A DNA stretch of 64,000 nt from Candidatus Culexmicrobium cathedralense (GTDB taxonomy: Archaea > Thermoproteota > Methanomethylicia > Culexarchaeales > Culexmicrobiaceae), in NCBI GenBank assembly GCA_025061115.1, contig JANZKC010000004.1:96001-160000 (forward strand), given 5' to 3'. Under the pieces are notes generated by a model. It made no database searches. It saw only the letters and a list, made by a program, of their open reading frames with translations, and was not told the origin of the DNA. Shown piece after piece: positions 9,561 through 20,505 of the stretch. Positions within the stretch are counted from its first letter, which is position 1; every line of letters starts with the position of its first letter. Made by a program: the position numbers and the translations under genes.

Positions 9561-10784
9561 TTAGATTTCTCCGACTGCTTCGTCTTCGTCTAGTATTAGT
9601 CTCATGGTGTCTGGGTCTGGGGGCATTAGGTCTAGGAATTGTTCTGCTGCTCTTCTTGGGTCTCTGCTTCTAATTATGTATCGCCCTACTACTATTATGT
9701 CTGCTCCTCCTTCTAGAGCTTTCTTGGCCGTTTTAGGCGTTATTCCCCCTGCTACTCCTACGAGGCATTTGAATTTCTCCTTTATCTCCCTGATGTTGCC
9801 CCACTCTGTTTCCCATGGTTTTCCTGCTTCTGCAGCTGCTCTTTCTGCATCTACGTTTCTGTGGAGTAGGACTATGTCGGGCTTGTAGTATAGGGTTTCT
9901 AGCCTTGCTATTGGGTCTGGGACTTCCATCATGTCTAGAATGGAGTATATTCCCTGCTTTTGGGCTTCCAGTATTGCTTTTTCTATTGTTGCTTTTGATG
10001 ATACTCCTAGAATGCATACTGCGTCTGCAGTTGAGTCCGCGGCTTTCTTAACTTCTATCCTCCCCACGTCCATCGTTTTCAAGTCTGCAATTATGAATGC
10101 TTCCGGCCTAACTTCCCTTATCTTCTCGATAACCTTTGTTCCATGAGCTTTTATCAGTGGAGTTCCAGCTTCTAGTATTAGTCTCTCCCTATTGGGGAGC
10201 TGCTCTACTATTTTTATTAGGTAGTCGAGCTTGTCTAGGTCTAGTGCCACTTGCAGGTAGGGCGGATTCCACAGTCTTTGAACTCTAAATCCCATTATTG
10301 GGTGGACGCCCCTATCCTTTTCCCTCAAAACTTTATCTACGCTTGGATAGCCTTTCAAGGCTCTTCTTATGGCTAGCTTGGTTGCTCCATAGTTGAACTG
10401 GTAAATTTTCCTGTAGTTTTTGGCGTTTGGGTGGACGAAGACTGATGCTATGATAACCCAGTCCTCGCACTTTTCCTTGGGAATTATTCCTTCAGCGACG
10501 GCGTCGGCTACCGCTCTGGCAACTGCGGTTTGAGCCGGCCCGAAAATCTTGTTTGCATCTTCAAGACTTCTTATGGTTACCTTCGGAATGACGATCGTGC
10601 TAGGCTTAACAGCTAAGTTTGGGCGAATAACCGCTAATAGGGGAGTGTGACCAGCAGATAATTGTGAGAGTGCATTTGCGAAGGCTATTCCAGCAGGCCC
10701 ATTCTTGCTGCCTATAATTAGATCTACGTGGGCAACCTCATCTCCAGAGCCGATTAGTGCTTCGCCAACATAAAATTCATCCAA
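9561..10784 (-). CDS. fae-hps: Bifunctional formaldehyde-activating enzyme / 3-hexulose-6-phosphate synthase
   Basis: N-terminal [32 protein letters not shown]-like Fae; C-terminal [31 protein letters not shown] Hps. Confidence 0.95.
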   Translation of the reverse strand: MDEFYVGEALIGSGDEVAHVDLIIGSKNGPAGIAFANALSQLSAGHTPLLAVIRPNLAVKPSTIVIPKVTIRSLEDANKIFGPAQTAVARAVADAVAEGIIPKEKCEDWVIIASVFVHPNAKNYRKIYQFNYGATKLAIRRALKGYPSVDKVLREKDRGVHPIMGFRVQRLWNPPYLQVALDLDKLDYLIKIVEQLPNRERLILEAGTPLIKAHGTKVIEKIREVRPEAFIIADLKTMDVGRIEVKKAADSTADAVCILGVSSKATIEKAILEAQKQGIYSILDMMEVPDPIARLETLYYKPDIVLLHRNVDAERAAAEAGKPWETEWGNIREIKEKFKCLVGVAGGITPKTAKKALEGGADIIVVGRYIIRSRDPRRAAEQFLDLMPPDPDTMRLILDEDEAVGEI

Positions 10785-10864
10785 ACTTTTAAACCCCCAA
10801 CATCATTTAAGGAAAAACATGTTAAATACTGTTTGCTAGTGCTTGAGAAGAGGATTATGGTGGG

Positions 10865-10998
10865 TGGTCCCGCCGGCCGGATTTGAACCGGCGACCCCCC
10901 GGTTTCTACAGCTGACGCGCGTTCACGCAGGGCATTCATGCCCAGTCACGCGCGCGCAAGTGCTACAGCCGGGTGCTCTACCACTGAGCTACGGCGGG
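10865..10998 (-). tRNA. tRNA-Tyr(GUA) with 59-nt intron (10904-10962)
   Basis: CCCGG-CTGTAG[intron]A-CCGGG; 75 nt after splicing; CCA encoded. Confidence 0.92.
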
Positions 10999-11091
10999 CA
11001 GCTTTCCTCCTTTAAATTTGCTCTCAAGGGTTTAAATTTTTCTCAATAACCTAATGTATATTAGCTTAATAGTATTTAGGTCGGTGAACCT

Positions 11092-12477
11092 ATGGGTAGT
11101 CGGCTAGATGCGTTCTTCTACGCTGAAAGCGTAGCGGTTATTGGAGCTTCTAGGGAGCCTGGAAAAATAGGTCATGAAATTTTGAGAAGCCTAATTGAAA
11201 GCGGATTTAAGGGGAAAGTGTACCCTGTAAATCCAAAGTACGATGAAGTTTTGGGTTTGAAGTGCTATGGAAGTGTGCTTGAAATTCCAGATAAAGTGGA
11301 TTTGGCCGTTTTCGCAATACCTGCCCGGCTTGTCCCTAGAGTTGCTGATGAGTGCGGCCGAAAGGGAGTGAAGGCAATGGTAGTTGTTTCTGGAGGATTT
11401 AGGGAAGCTGGAGATAAGGGGGAGAAGCTTCAGGAACAACTCGTATCTACGGCGGAGAAGTATGGAATGAGAGTTATAGGGCCAAACTGCATTGGAATCT
11501 ACAATCCATATACTGGAATAGACACGTTCTTCCAATCTCACGAGAGAATGATTAGGCCTCCGCCAGGAAGCATAGCCTTCCTAACTCAAAGCGGAACTTA
11601 TGGCTGCACGGTTTTAGAGTGGCTTGCTCAGGAGGGTATAGGTGTTAGTAAATTTGTAAGCTATGGCAACATGGCGGATGTGGATGAAGCTGAGCTCATA
11701 AGCTACCTTGCTGAGGATCCCAAGACAAGCCTAATAGCATTCTACATGGAAAGCATTAAGAGCGGAAGGAGATTCATAGAGGCTGCAGCCAAGGCATCTG
11801 CTAAAAAGCCAATCGTGGTTTTGAAGTCGGGGAGAACTCGCGCAGGAATTAAAGCAGCATTATTCCATACGGGCAGAATGGCTGGGCGCTACGAGATTGT
11901 TAAGGCAGCGCTAAGAAAAGCCAAGGTCATCCAGGTGGAGACCATAGAGGAGCTCTACGACGCAATGAAGATTCTGGCCATGGCTCCACCTCCGAGAGGT
12001 GAGGGAATGGCGATGATAACTAATGGGGCAGGCCCATGCGTTATGGCGGCGGACGCAGCGGAGCAATATGGCGTCAAGCTGGCAACATATGCTGAAGAGA
12101 CCATTGAGAAGTTGAGGAGTAGGCTGCCGCCATACGCGCTAATAGGGAATCCAGTAGACTTGACGGGGAGCGCAACCACCAAAGACTACCTGAATGCAGG
12201 TGAAGCTCTTCTGGAGGATCCAAACGTGAACATACTGGCGCTGTTCTTCGTATTTCAAGACACTCCGCTTGAAGACGAAGTGGTTTATGAGGTCGCCAAG
12301 CTCAGGAAGTATGGGAAGCCCATAGTGGCCATGGCGGCTGGAGGGCCGTACACGCACCGGCAAATTAAAAAGCTGCAGGAAAACGGCATTCCAACATTTC
12401 CGACACCGGAAAGACTTGTAAAAGCAGTAAAGCACTTCACAACTTATCACTTAAAAATAAAACAAATAACAAGGTAA
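11092..12477 (+). CDS. acdA: Acetate/acyl-CoA ligase (ADP-forming), alpha subunit
   Basis: SVAVIGAS, GPNCIG, SGT, SYGNMAD, KSGRT..HTG, TNGAG, NPVDLTG. Confidence 0.9.
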   Translation: MGSRLDAFFYAESVAVIGASREPGKIGHEILRSLIESGFKGKVYPVNPKYDEVLGLKCYGSVLEIPDKVDLAVFAIPARLVPRVADECGRKGVKAMVVVSGGFREAGDKGEKLQEQLVSTAEKYGMRVIGPNCIGIYNPYTGIDTFFQSHERMIRPPPGSIAFLTQSGTYGCTVLEWLAQEGIGVSKFVSYGNMADVDEAELISYLAEDPKTSLIAFYMESIKSGRRFIEAAAKASAKKPIVVLKSGRTRAGIKAALFHTGRMAGRYEIVKAALRKAKVIQVETIEELYDAMKILAMAPPPRGEGMAMITNGAGPCVMAADAAEQYGVKLATYAEETIEKLRSRLPPYALIGNPVDLTGSATTKDYLNAGEALLEDPNVNILALFFVFQDTPLEDEVVYEVAKLRKYGKPIVAMAAGGPYTHRQIKKLQENGIPTFPTPERLVKAVKHFTTYHLKIKQITR

Positions 12478-12512
12478 AAATAAGAATTAAAGCATAAGTG
12501 AAGTGAGAAACC

Positions 12513-12707
12513 ATGACCGCGCAGGAAAAGGAAGCTCACTATAAGTTGAGCATAATTCTACTCTTATTTGGAGGATTCATACTTCTTTCATCAAAAATAC
12601 TTGAGTGGAAGACATGGTTTCACTTCACGCTCGCTTTAGGCCTGACATGCTTAATAGCGGGGCTAATAATTGGGATATCAAGCACCTACCCTGCGAAGGA
12701 GAGGTAG
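12513..12707 (+). CDS. Small two-TM membrane protein
   Basis: 64 aa, two hydrophobic helices. Confidence 0.55.
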   Translation: MTAQEKEAHYKLSIILLLFGGFILLSSKILEWKTWFHFTLALGLTCLIAGLIIGISSTYPAKER

Positions 12708-12803
12708 CTGCAACTTAGCAAGCAAACCTCAATTGGTAGCAATCCTAAAATTACTGCTTAAAGGCGCGTTTAGCAGGCATTCACTTAAATTTAATTGATT
12801 TGT

Positions 12804-12880
<77 letters not shown>

Positions 12881-12991
12881 GCACCCTAAAACCATAAGTC
12901 GCTTGACACTTATATTTTTCACTTATCCATCGCTTATAATGTAGTTCCTCGATTTTGATTCCGATACTTACTTGTAATTCTAGCATTACGC

Positions 12992-13306
12992 GCCGCTTCG
13001 CTCGAAAGGTATCATGGACATCCAATTGCTAAGGGCATTGCTAGGAAAGCTCAGGAAATGTCCCTTAATCTTCTCGATGTTGATGGCTTCAAAGCATTGC
13101 TCGGCAGGGGAATTCGGGGCGTCATTGGCGGTAGAGAGGTGAAGGTTGTAGGTCCAGGGTACTTGAGAGAGCTCAAATTGAAAGTGGAGCTGGAAGAGGT
13201 TAGGAGAATTTTGGAGGAAGGTAAAACCATAGTCTTCCTATTGGTGTATGATGAGTTGGCTGCGCTTTTAGTCATGGATGCAAGGCTTGGCATTCAAGGT
13301 TCTTAG
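12992..13306 (+). pseudogene. Remnant of heavy-metal (Cu) P1B-type ATPase nucleotide-binding domain
   Basis: In-frame AASLERYHGHPIAKGI...FKALLGRGIRG...EEGKTIVF; no TM or DKTGT parts. Confidence 0.75.
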
Positions 13307-13311
13307 CGAAT

Positions 13312-13821
13312 TTGATAATTATCCCTGCATGCCTACTTCTGGAGTTCCATTTCTTGTGGCAGCTTGTAAATTGGGCTTTAAATTTGACCTTGAAGCCGAG
13401 GGATTTGCTCGTGCCGGCATTCGTTTTGATCGGCGGATTGACGACGATGGTGAGCATGACGGTAATTTCCTGGATCTCCACCGGGGAACCTCCTTGGCGC
13501 AGCGGGGCATATAGTAGGTTTAAAGGAGCTTTGATTGCGCTTTCAATATCATTGATCATGTTTGGCGCAGCTTTGTTTACGGCTTTTGTTTGCCTCCGCT
13601 ATGAACTTTATTTGGCTGATAGGCAAGACTTCCAGGAGCTATATGTTGAGGATCCATTTGGAGCGGATGAGATTAAGAAGAGAGCTCTCCTCTACGTTTC
13701 GGCTCCTCTAACTTTATTGAGCAGTACGACTATGGTTGTGCTTGCAATTGCATTCCAGCTATTATATTTCTCACCTAAAATTTTGGATGCCATATGGAGA
13801 TCATTGAACTTTCGAATTTAA
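13312..13821 (+). CDS. Hypothetical membrane protein
   Basis: 169 aa, several hydrophobic segments. Confidence 0.5.
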   Translation: MIIIPACLLLEFHFLWQLVNWALNLTLKPRDLLVPAFVLIGGLTTMVSMTVISWISTGEPPWRSGAYSRFKGALIALSISLIMFGAALFTAFVCLRYELYLADRQDFQELYVEDPFGADEIKKRALLYVSAPLTLLSSTTMVVLAIAFQLLYFSPKILDAIWRSLNFRI

Positions 13822-13884
13822 ATGCGGTTCAGCGCTTCAAATCCACTAGGTTTAAGAATTTCAGTATGAGTATTTCATGAGACC

Positions 13885-14166
13885 ATGAAGATTAGAAATG
13901 GGCATATCGCTTTACTGGGAATAGCTTCTCAGTTAATTGTAGGGTTTTTGCTGCTTATTGGAGGAAGAGAATTAGGCGGTTGGGGAGGCTTCGCACTTAT
14001 TCTTGAAGGCAGCGTCTTAAGGGTTGCATCGCTCATGGGGGTTTTACCGGCAGTTCTCCTATACTATGAGAGGACGAGGATGTTGGGCGCAATAATAAGT
14101 ATTGTACTTGGCATTTTAGGTATGGCGTTTAGCGTGGGTTCATTGTTGGAATATTCATGGTTGTAG
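13885..14166 (+). CDS. Small membrane protein, probably frameshifted near its 3' end
   Basis: Hydrophobic; another frame continues FIVGIFMVVAGIL. Confidence 0.5.
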   Translation: MKIRNGHIALLGIASQLIVGFLLLIGGRELGGWGGFALILEGSVLRVASLMGVLPAVLLYYERTRMLGAIISIVLGILGMAFSVGSLLEYSWL

Positions 14167-14227
14167 CTGGAATACTGAACCTATCAATGGGGATGTAGCA
14201 ATTAAGTCATGGCAATTAACTTTATTA

Positions 14228-15406
14228 TTGCATTTGAGTGATAGTTTTAGCGTGTCGATTGAGAGGTTTGCTAGGAAGGAGCTTCTCGCTATTCCGAGTA
14301 GAGCTAGGGTTCCATTAACTTCTGAAGTTATTAACTTGGGGGCAGGTGACCCGGACTTCAATCAGCCTAAATTTATAGCTGACGCCGTGGCTAAGGCGAT
14401 TTTGGAGGGCTACACTCACTACGTCTTTGGCGGTGATCCTGAATTTAAATGCGCGATAGCCAACTACTATGCAAAGTACGGCGTTGAGGTGGATCCTCAA
14501 AGGCAAATTCTGTTGACTTCTGGAGCTTCCCAAGCTATTTTCCGAGTTTTAGCTGCAATAATAAATCCTGGAGATCAAGTTGTGCTTCTGAATCCGACGT
14601 TTATGGGATACCTCAATCGAGTAAAGTACTTTGGCGGGGAAGTGGTTAGAGCTCCAATGAGGAAGACTGAAGATGGCTACTTCAGGCCGAGCATAGAGAG
14701 CATTGAAGAGGCGATTACAAGTAGAACTAAGCTTCTAATAATATGCAATCCAGATAATCCAACTGGCTGCGTATACTCTAGGGAGGAGCTTGAGGAGATT
14801 GCTAAGCTGGCAGTTGAGCATGACCTCCTTGTAATGTCAGATGAAATATATACTGAATTTATTTGGTGCGATAGAAGCCACACCACAATAATGTCAATTC
14901 CAGGCATGGAGGAGCGCTCAATCGTGGTGATGAGCTTCTCAAAAATGTTCGCGTGGACTGGCTTAAGAGTTGGCTTCATAATTTCAAGCCCGGAGCTGAT
15001 AAGCTTAATCAAGCGGGTGCCCATAGGCATATGCTCAATACCCGTGCCATTTCAGAGGGCAGGGATAGTGGCGCTAAAGGAGGGCTGGGGCTTCGTGGAC
15101 ATGATGAGAAGTGAATACTTGAAGCGAATAGATTATTGCGTAAAAAGGCTGAATGAAATGCCTGGGGCACAGTGCGTAAAGCCGGAAGCAACATTCTACC
15201 TATTCCCCGACATTTCAGCTACAGGATTGAGCTCCAAGGAGTACTGTGAAAAGCTGCTTAGGGAGGAGAAGGTCCTAGTAACTCCTGGCTCAAATTATGG
15301 GGAAATGGGGGAAGGACATGTAAGAATAGCGCTCGTCAAGCCAATGAGCATCCTTGAAGATGCAATGAACAGAATTGAGAGATTTACGCGCAAATACTGC
15401 AGTTGA
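14228..15406 (+). CDS. PLP-dependent aminotransferase class I/II
   Basis: INLGAGDPDF, CNPDNPTG, SDEIY, SFSKMFAWTGLRVG. Confidence 0.93.
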   Translation: MHLSDSFSVSIERFARKELLAIPSRARVPLTSEVINLGAGDPDFNQPKFIADAVAKAILEGYTHYVFGGDPEFKCAIANYYAKYGVEVDPQRQILLTSGASQAIFRVLAAIINPGDQVVLLNPTFMGYLNRVKYFGGEVVRAPMRKTEDGYFRPSIESIEEAITSRTKLLIICNPDNPTGCVYSREELEEIAKLAVEHDLLVMSDEIYTEFIWCDRSHTTIMSIPGMEERSIVVMSFSKMFAWTGLRVGFIISSPELISLIKRVPIGICSIPVPFQRAGIVALKEGWGFVDMMRSEYLKRIDYCVKRLNEMPGAQCVKPEATFYLFPDISATGLSSKEYCEKLLREEKVLVTPGSNYGEMGEGHVRIALVKPMSILEDAMNRIERFTRKYCS

Positions 15407-15575
15407 AGCCATTGCTATAGGTGGTAAAAGTTCCTAGCGAGCTCAGCTTAGGTTAAGGCACATGTTTTTAGGCCTCAATGCTCAATTATTCAGCCTCAAT
15501 ATTATGGACTTGAAGCCTCCTTTCATCTAACTCTCATGTTGGGAAACTTTATTTTACAACAAGATCCAATGTAGT

Positions 15576-17240
15576 TTGAGGTCCTTTGCGGAGGCATTTT
15601 ACTTGGGTGCTCATGAATCCAAGAAAAATTTGTCGCGTTGGATTAAAACGTCAGTACTGCTTTTAATAGTATTCTCCATTGGAATTGCCTTGGGATTATG
15701 CTTCTCCACCCAAATCCCCCAGATATTTAAGCCAGCCGCCGCCAAGGAGCCCATTATTGGGATAATCAGTATTTACGGATACATGATTACTGATGCTGAA
15801 AGAGATCTATACGTGAATTCCATTCTCTACGCCTATAGAAATGAGTCCGTAGCTGGAATTGTTCTTAGAGTCGATTCGCCTGGAGGATATGCCTCAATCG
15901 TCGAGGACATCTATAATGCACTTAGACTTCTCGACGCTAAAAAGCCTGTCATTGCAATAGTTGAAGGCATTGCAGCTTCAGGCGGATATTACGTTTGCCT
16001 TGGAGCTAGGGAAATCTACTCTCTTCCAACAGCTTTTATCGGTAATATTGGAGTTATAATGAGGCAGCCCTACCTGGTGATTCCATCCGAGGATGTCATT
16101 GAAACTGGCCCCTACAAGTATACTGGCCTATCCTTAAAGGAGACGCCTTTCATTGTGAAAAGAGCGCTGGACAATTTTATGGGAGCCGTGGTTGAAGGTA
16201 GGGGCGACAGGTTAAATGCAACCCTTGGGGAATTGTCTTTAGGTAAGCTCTATTTGGGCGATGACGCAACTAAACTTGGGCTGATCGATGGGTATGGATC
16301 TCTCCTGGATGTTATCAATAGGGTTTCGAGCTTAGCTAATGTTACCAAGTACAGAACTGTTGACTTAACTGCCCTTCTAAGGGCTAACGTATCTTCACTT
16401 TTAGGCCGGACGCTATGGGGGGAGGGAAAGCTAATTTCCATCGAATTAATGGGTAAATTGCAGCCTGAACCATTGGGCGTCTATTACATCTCGCCATACT
16501 ACGTTAAGGCGTACGGCTTCATTGGTGAAGAGCTGGGCTACATGTCATCCAGAGTTTTCACCTCAAGCTTGCAAGCTAATTTCAGCTTTGTTGAGGGGAA
16601 TTTTGCTTTAGTGGACGTGTCGCATGGAAATCTATTCACATATGAAATTTTAGGAACGCTTTGGGGTAAACTGGTTTCAAATGGCCTGAAAATACTGTTT
16701 GCCGATATAATATCGCTGGGGGAGATGATGGCTCAGCAAATTCCCAAGGCGCTAATAGTGATCTGTCCAAGTACGAGCTATGACTCGTATGAAATCAGCA
16801 TTGTCAGGAATTACGTTGACCTTGGAGGTAAGCTAATATTGATTTACGACCCTTCGATGGTGTCGTCAATGTTTATTAACAGTTTAGCTCAAGAGTTCGG
16901 CATCTACTTTTCAGACGGCTACCTATATGATCTCAAGAACAATTATGGAGTTTACAGAAACATCGTATTGAGAAGATTCGCGGAGCACAGCTTAGTTTCA
17001 AACGTAAATGAATTGACGCTTTTCACTGCGGCTCACATATATGGAGGAAAATTGAAGATCGCGACAACATCCAATGATTCATACTTATCCCTAACTGAAA
17101 TGGCGGGCAGCTACTCCCCAATAGTTGCAGCTGATAATGTAATAGCAATTGGAGATTTAACTTTCCTACTAGACCCATTCCACGATATTAGCGATAACGA
17201 CATGTTCCTTGATAACTTGGTGAAATTCATTAAGGCGTAA
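15576..17240 (+). CDS. sppA: S49 (SppA-like) peptidase with N-terminal TM and C-terminal GldG/DUF4350-like domain
   Basis: LRVDSPGG, AASGGYY, GNIGV, LGLIDGYG; C-terminal VDVSHGN...YVDLGGKLILIYDP...INSLAQEFGI. Confidence 0.8.
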   Translation: MRSFAEAFYLGAHESKKNLSRWIKTSVLLLIVFSIGIALGLCFSTQIPQIFKPAAAKEPIIGIISIYGYMITDAERDLYVNSILYAYRNESVAGIVLRVDSPGGYASIVEDIYNALRLLDAKKPVIAIVEGIAASGGYYVCLGAREIYSLPTAFIGNIGVIMRQPYLVIPSEDVIETGPYKYTGLSLKETPFIVKRALDNFMGAVVEGRGDRLNATLGELSLGKLYLGDDATKLGLIDGYGSLLDVINRVSSLANVTKYRTVDLTALLRANVSSLLGRTLWGEGKLISIELMGKLQPEPLGVYYISPYYVKAYGFIGEELGYMSSRVFTSSLQANFSFVEGNFALVDVSHGNLFTYEILGTLWGKLVSNGLKILFADIISLGEMMAQQIPKALIVICPSTSYDSYEISIVRNYVDLGGKLILIYDPSMVSSMFINSLAQEFGIYFSDGYLYDLKNNYGVYRNIVLRRFAEHSLVSNVNELTLFTAAHIYGGKLKIATTSNDSYLSLTEMAGSYSPIVAADNVIAIGDLTFLLDPFHDISDNDMFLDNLVKFIKA

Positions 17241-17448
17241 TTTCAATTTATTTTCATGCTTTAATATGCTGCTTTGCCTATCGAATGCTATGAAGTGCAG
17301 TGGATAGGAGATTGCTTAACTGAAATATGGATTGTGACGTGATGAATTGCATGTGGCATAATGTAGAATTGCCCATTTGAACTGCACTACGCCCCTCACT
17401 GAAAAATATATTAAATCTGGAATGACAGAATTCACTTGGTGTATATAA

Positions 17449-18165
17449 ATGAGTTTTCTAAGGAAGAATCTTAAAGAAGCATTAAAAAACCTATATGAAA
17501 TACCTATTTCAAAAGGTGAAGTAGCGCTTCTATACTTAAAATATTCTGGAGTTATTGTGAGAACTGAAAGTAGCGTATTTGCATTTGATCCAGCAGACCT
17601 GCTGGGTAAAGATGAGGTAGATTTGCTGCTCAAACTTGATGCATTAATTTACACTCATGGACACACCGACCACTACAATAAAATTGTTGCAAAGCTAATT
17701 CACTCAAAAACTGGAGCTCACGTAATTGCAGAGCCACTGGTCGCCAGGGATTTAATGGATGTAATTCCAAGTGGAAAGTTGATTTTGGCATCCCCGGGAA
17801 ATGTTTACGATTTAGGCAAGTTCAAGGTAACCCCGATTAAGGGACTGCATAGGGGACCCATAAACCTATACTTGATCGAGGGTGAAGACTTAACAATATT
17901 TCATGGAGGAGATTCAGCCTACGTTCCACTTGAAAGTTATAGGGCTGACCTAGCCATGGTCCCAACTGGAACTCCATCTCCAACGGCTTCTCCTCAAGAC
18001 GCTTTCAAAATGGTATCAGCATTAAAGCCAAAAGCTGCGGCGGCATTCCACGGATCCAAACATGAACACCAGGAATTCATAGATCTGGTCAAGAGAAATC
18101 TACCTCAAGTCAAAGCTATTGCACTAGAAGAGAAGAAGCTCATGAAATTACAGGTAGGGCAGTGA
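17449..18165 (+). CDS. Metallo-beta-lactamase-fold hydrolase (UlaG-like)
   Basis: THGHTDH, FHGGDS, AFHG. Confidence 0.85.
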   Translation: MSFLRKNLKEALKNLYEIPISKGEVALLYLKYSGVIVRTESSVFAFDPADLLGKDEVDLLLKLDALIYTHGHTDHYNKIVAKLIHSKTGAHVIAEPLVARDLMDVIPSGKLILASPGNVYDLGKFKVTPIKGLHRGPINLYLIEGEDLTIFHGGDSAYVPLESYRADLAMVPTGTPSPTASPQDAFKMVSALKPKAAAAFHGSKHEHQEFIDLVKRNLPQVKAIALEEKKLMKLQVGQ

Positions 18166-18288
18166 GGGCTAAGTAACTGATCAAAGTGAATAATCAATTA
18201 AGCGGCTATTGAAAGCGTTAACTAGAGCGTCATCGAAAAGTCAATCAGAATATATTAACTACAGCAAAGCATATGGAGATGGTGGAAA

Positions 18289-18756
18289 TTGATAATAATT
18301 AAGTATGGAGAGGAAAGATTCAGCCCTCTACACGTGGCACTAATTTTAGCGCTCAAAAGAGGCCCCATGAAAACCTCTCAACTACTCAAATTCATGAGGA
18401 GCTTAGGATTTCACGCTAGAAGCTCATTCTACGCGGCATTATCAGAGCTCGAAAGAAGAGGGTATATATCTAGGGAGAGGATGCCAGGAGCCACCGTAAG
18501 TTGCACTTTAACTCGGAAGGGTGCAATAGCAGCTGCCGAGCTTCCCAGAATTTTGAAGGATAGGATTGAGCCCATGTTGAGGTACATTTCACTAATAGCG
18601 CAGGTTTGTGAGCCGATGCTGGACTTTAAGGGGATGTCCATTGCGGAGGAACTTGAAGATTTGGATGACATGTTAAGCTATAGGGAGTTTTTAGTGAGGG
18701 AGCTCAATATTATTGAGAGGAAACTGAAAAGATGGAAGAAAATTGAGATTGAATAA
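18289..18756 (+). CDS. PadR-like winged-helix regulator
   Basis: LILALKRGPM...SFYAALSELERRGYI...TLTRKG. Confidence 0.75.
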   Translation: MIIIKYGEERFSPLHVALILALKRGPMKTSQLLKFMRSLGFHARSSFYAALSELERRGYISRERMPGATVSCTLTRKGAIAAAELPRILKDRIEPMLRYISLIAQVCEPMLDFKGMSIAEELEDLDDMLSYREFLVRELNIIERKLKRWKKIEIE

Positions 18757-18774
18757 ATAATTGCTATTCATTAG

Positions 18775-18813
18775 TTGGATGTCCAATAGTAAACTTTTTA
18801 TACATTTTTGGAC
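18775..18813. promoter_or_regulatory. Palindromic operator candidate around the hsp20 TATA box
   Basis: TTGGA-TG-TCCAA palindrome (18775-86); GTCCAA/TTGGAC inverted pair flanks TTTTTATA. Confidence 0.45.
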
Positions 18814-18832
18814 TAATTGTACATGATGAGAC

Positions 18833-19237
18833 ATGGCGGTTGAGCGCTTCATGAAAGTTGTAAGGCTTCCGGGCTTGAAGTTTGTGTGCATGCCGGGAAT
18901 GTGCGTAGTAAAGGTGGACAGTGAATTTAGGGATGTTGAATTGACGAAGAGCACATGGAGCAGATTCCATATAGAAGAAAAGTTAGATGAATACATCATA
19001 ACGGTGGAGCTTCCTGGAGTAGAGAAGAAGAATATTCAATTGTACGTTTCAGAGAGAAGCATGTTTGTTAAGGCAAAACCCACAGTAAAATTGCCTTGGA
19101 CTCCCGAAGTATTCAAAGTTAAATTGCCTTTGAAAAGTGACGTTGAGGTCAGTGGTGTGAGAGCGAAGTATGAAAATGGAGTACTAACAATCACCTTGCC
19201 GAAGAAGGTGGCGCCCAAGAAAATTGAAGTAGAGTAG
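18833..19237 (+). CDS. hsp20: Small heat shock protein (Hsp20/alpha-crystallin)
   Basis: VELPGVEKKNI...AKYENGVLTITLPK...KKIEVE. Confidence 0.9.
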   Translation: MAVERFMKVVRLPGLKFVCMPGMCVVKVDSEFRDVELTKSTWSRFHIEEKLDEYIITVELPGVEKKNIQLYVSERSMFVKAKPTVKLPWTPEVFKVKLPLKSDVEVSGVRAKYENGVLTITLPKKVAPKKIEVE

Positions 19238-19329
19238 ATCACAAGCAAGCATCAGCACTACCACCGCAATTAGGGGATCAGATAGGCTAAGTAAATTTCA
19301 CTTCAATATTTTAGCAAAATTTCAGTTGT

Positions 19330-20505
19330 TCAATCCTCTCTAACTAACCCTACAATTATTGCTATTCCAGCTAGTAGTGAGGCTACACTCAACGCTACTA
19401 CACCTTGAAATAATGCATACTTGTAGAGTGGATATGCTGCTAATGGTGCTGATGCATAGCCTAAAAACCTTATGAAGCCATACATTGATGCTGCAATTCC
19501 CCTGTGCTGAGGATCCACCTCCACTATCAACGTGTTTATGGGCGTGAGGCTCATTGTCGATGCGAAGCCCAGCATTAACATGAGTATTGGCATGTGCTCG
19601 TGCCATGTTGGCATTAGGAACGCGCTGAGCACCATAATGTAGAGCGCAAATCCAATAATGCTCGTTCTTCTCCTTCCAACTTTATCTGCTAAAAATCCCG
19701 TTATGAACCCTGAAATTATTCCCCCTATTCCTGAAAGCGATAAGTATGCTCCTATAATTTCGCTTTTCAGGCTGTGCGGAGGCAATGTTAAGTAGTCCGA
19801 TAGATAGGTGAGGAATGATATTCTTGAGAAGAATAGTATGAAGCCCAGAGAACATAACATCATCACTTTTGCATTTAATGCGATTGCCTTGATTCGCCAA
19901 AGCATCTCCATCGCATTTCCTCCGCCTTTGCTCCTTGCTTTTGGCATTAATATATGGATGAGTGGGGCACATGCTCCAGATAATGTTGCTAGCAGAAGGT
20001 ATCCTAGCCTCCAATTTGTTGATGCAAAGTAGCCTCCAGCTAATGGGCCCAAGGACCCTCCAAGAGTTACTGAAACTGCCATTAAACCCATAATTCGACC
20101 TCGAACTTCTCTTGGATAAAGATCTCCTACCGTGGCCATTACCATTGGAGTTACCAGTGCATTTCCAACTCCCTGAATTAACCTTGAAGCTATGAAAGTC
20201 CATATGTTTCTTGAAGATGCTATTAAAAATGATCCTATGCAGTAGGTTGCCGTTCCAATCGTAATCGTCTTCTTCCTTCCCAATAGCAGGTCGCTGATGA
20301 AGCCAGCGAAAAGCTGGAATATGCTGAATGGAATCATGTAAAGCGTTATTGATAGGCTGAGAAGGAATATTTCAACTTGGAAGTCGCTTTTCAAGGCTTT
20401 AAACATTGGCATTATCATGTTTCCGCTAAATGGACCCATAAATTGGATCGTTAGCAGAATTGCTAGTACCGCTAATTCCCTTAGCTTCACAGTTAACCCC
20501 CTCAC
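19330..20505 (-). CDS. MFS transporter
   Basis: About 12 TM; GFISDLLLGRKK and GFLADKVGRRR motif A. Confidence 0.9.
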   Translation of the reverse strand: MRGLTVKLRELAVLAILLTIQFMGPFSGNMIMPMFKALKSDFQVEIFLLSLSITLYMIPFSIFQLFAGFISDLLLGRKKTITIGTATYCIGSFLIASSRNIWTFIASRLIQGVGNALVTPMVMATVGDLYPREVRGRIMGLMAVSVTLGGSLGPLAGGYFASTNWRLGYLLLATLSGACAPLIHILMPKARSKGGGNAMEMLWRIKAIALNAKVMMLCSLGFILFFSRISFLTYLSDYLTLPPHSLKSEIIGAYLSLSGIGGIISGFITGFLADKVGRRRTSIIGFALYIMVLSAFLMPTWHEHMPILMLMLGFASTMSLTPINTLIVEVDPQHRGIAASMYGFIRFLGYASAPLAAYPLYKYALFQGVVALSVASLLAGIAIIVGLVRED

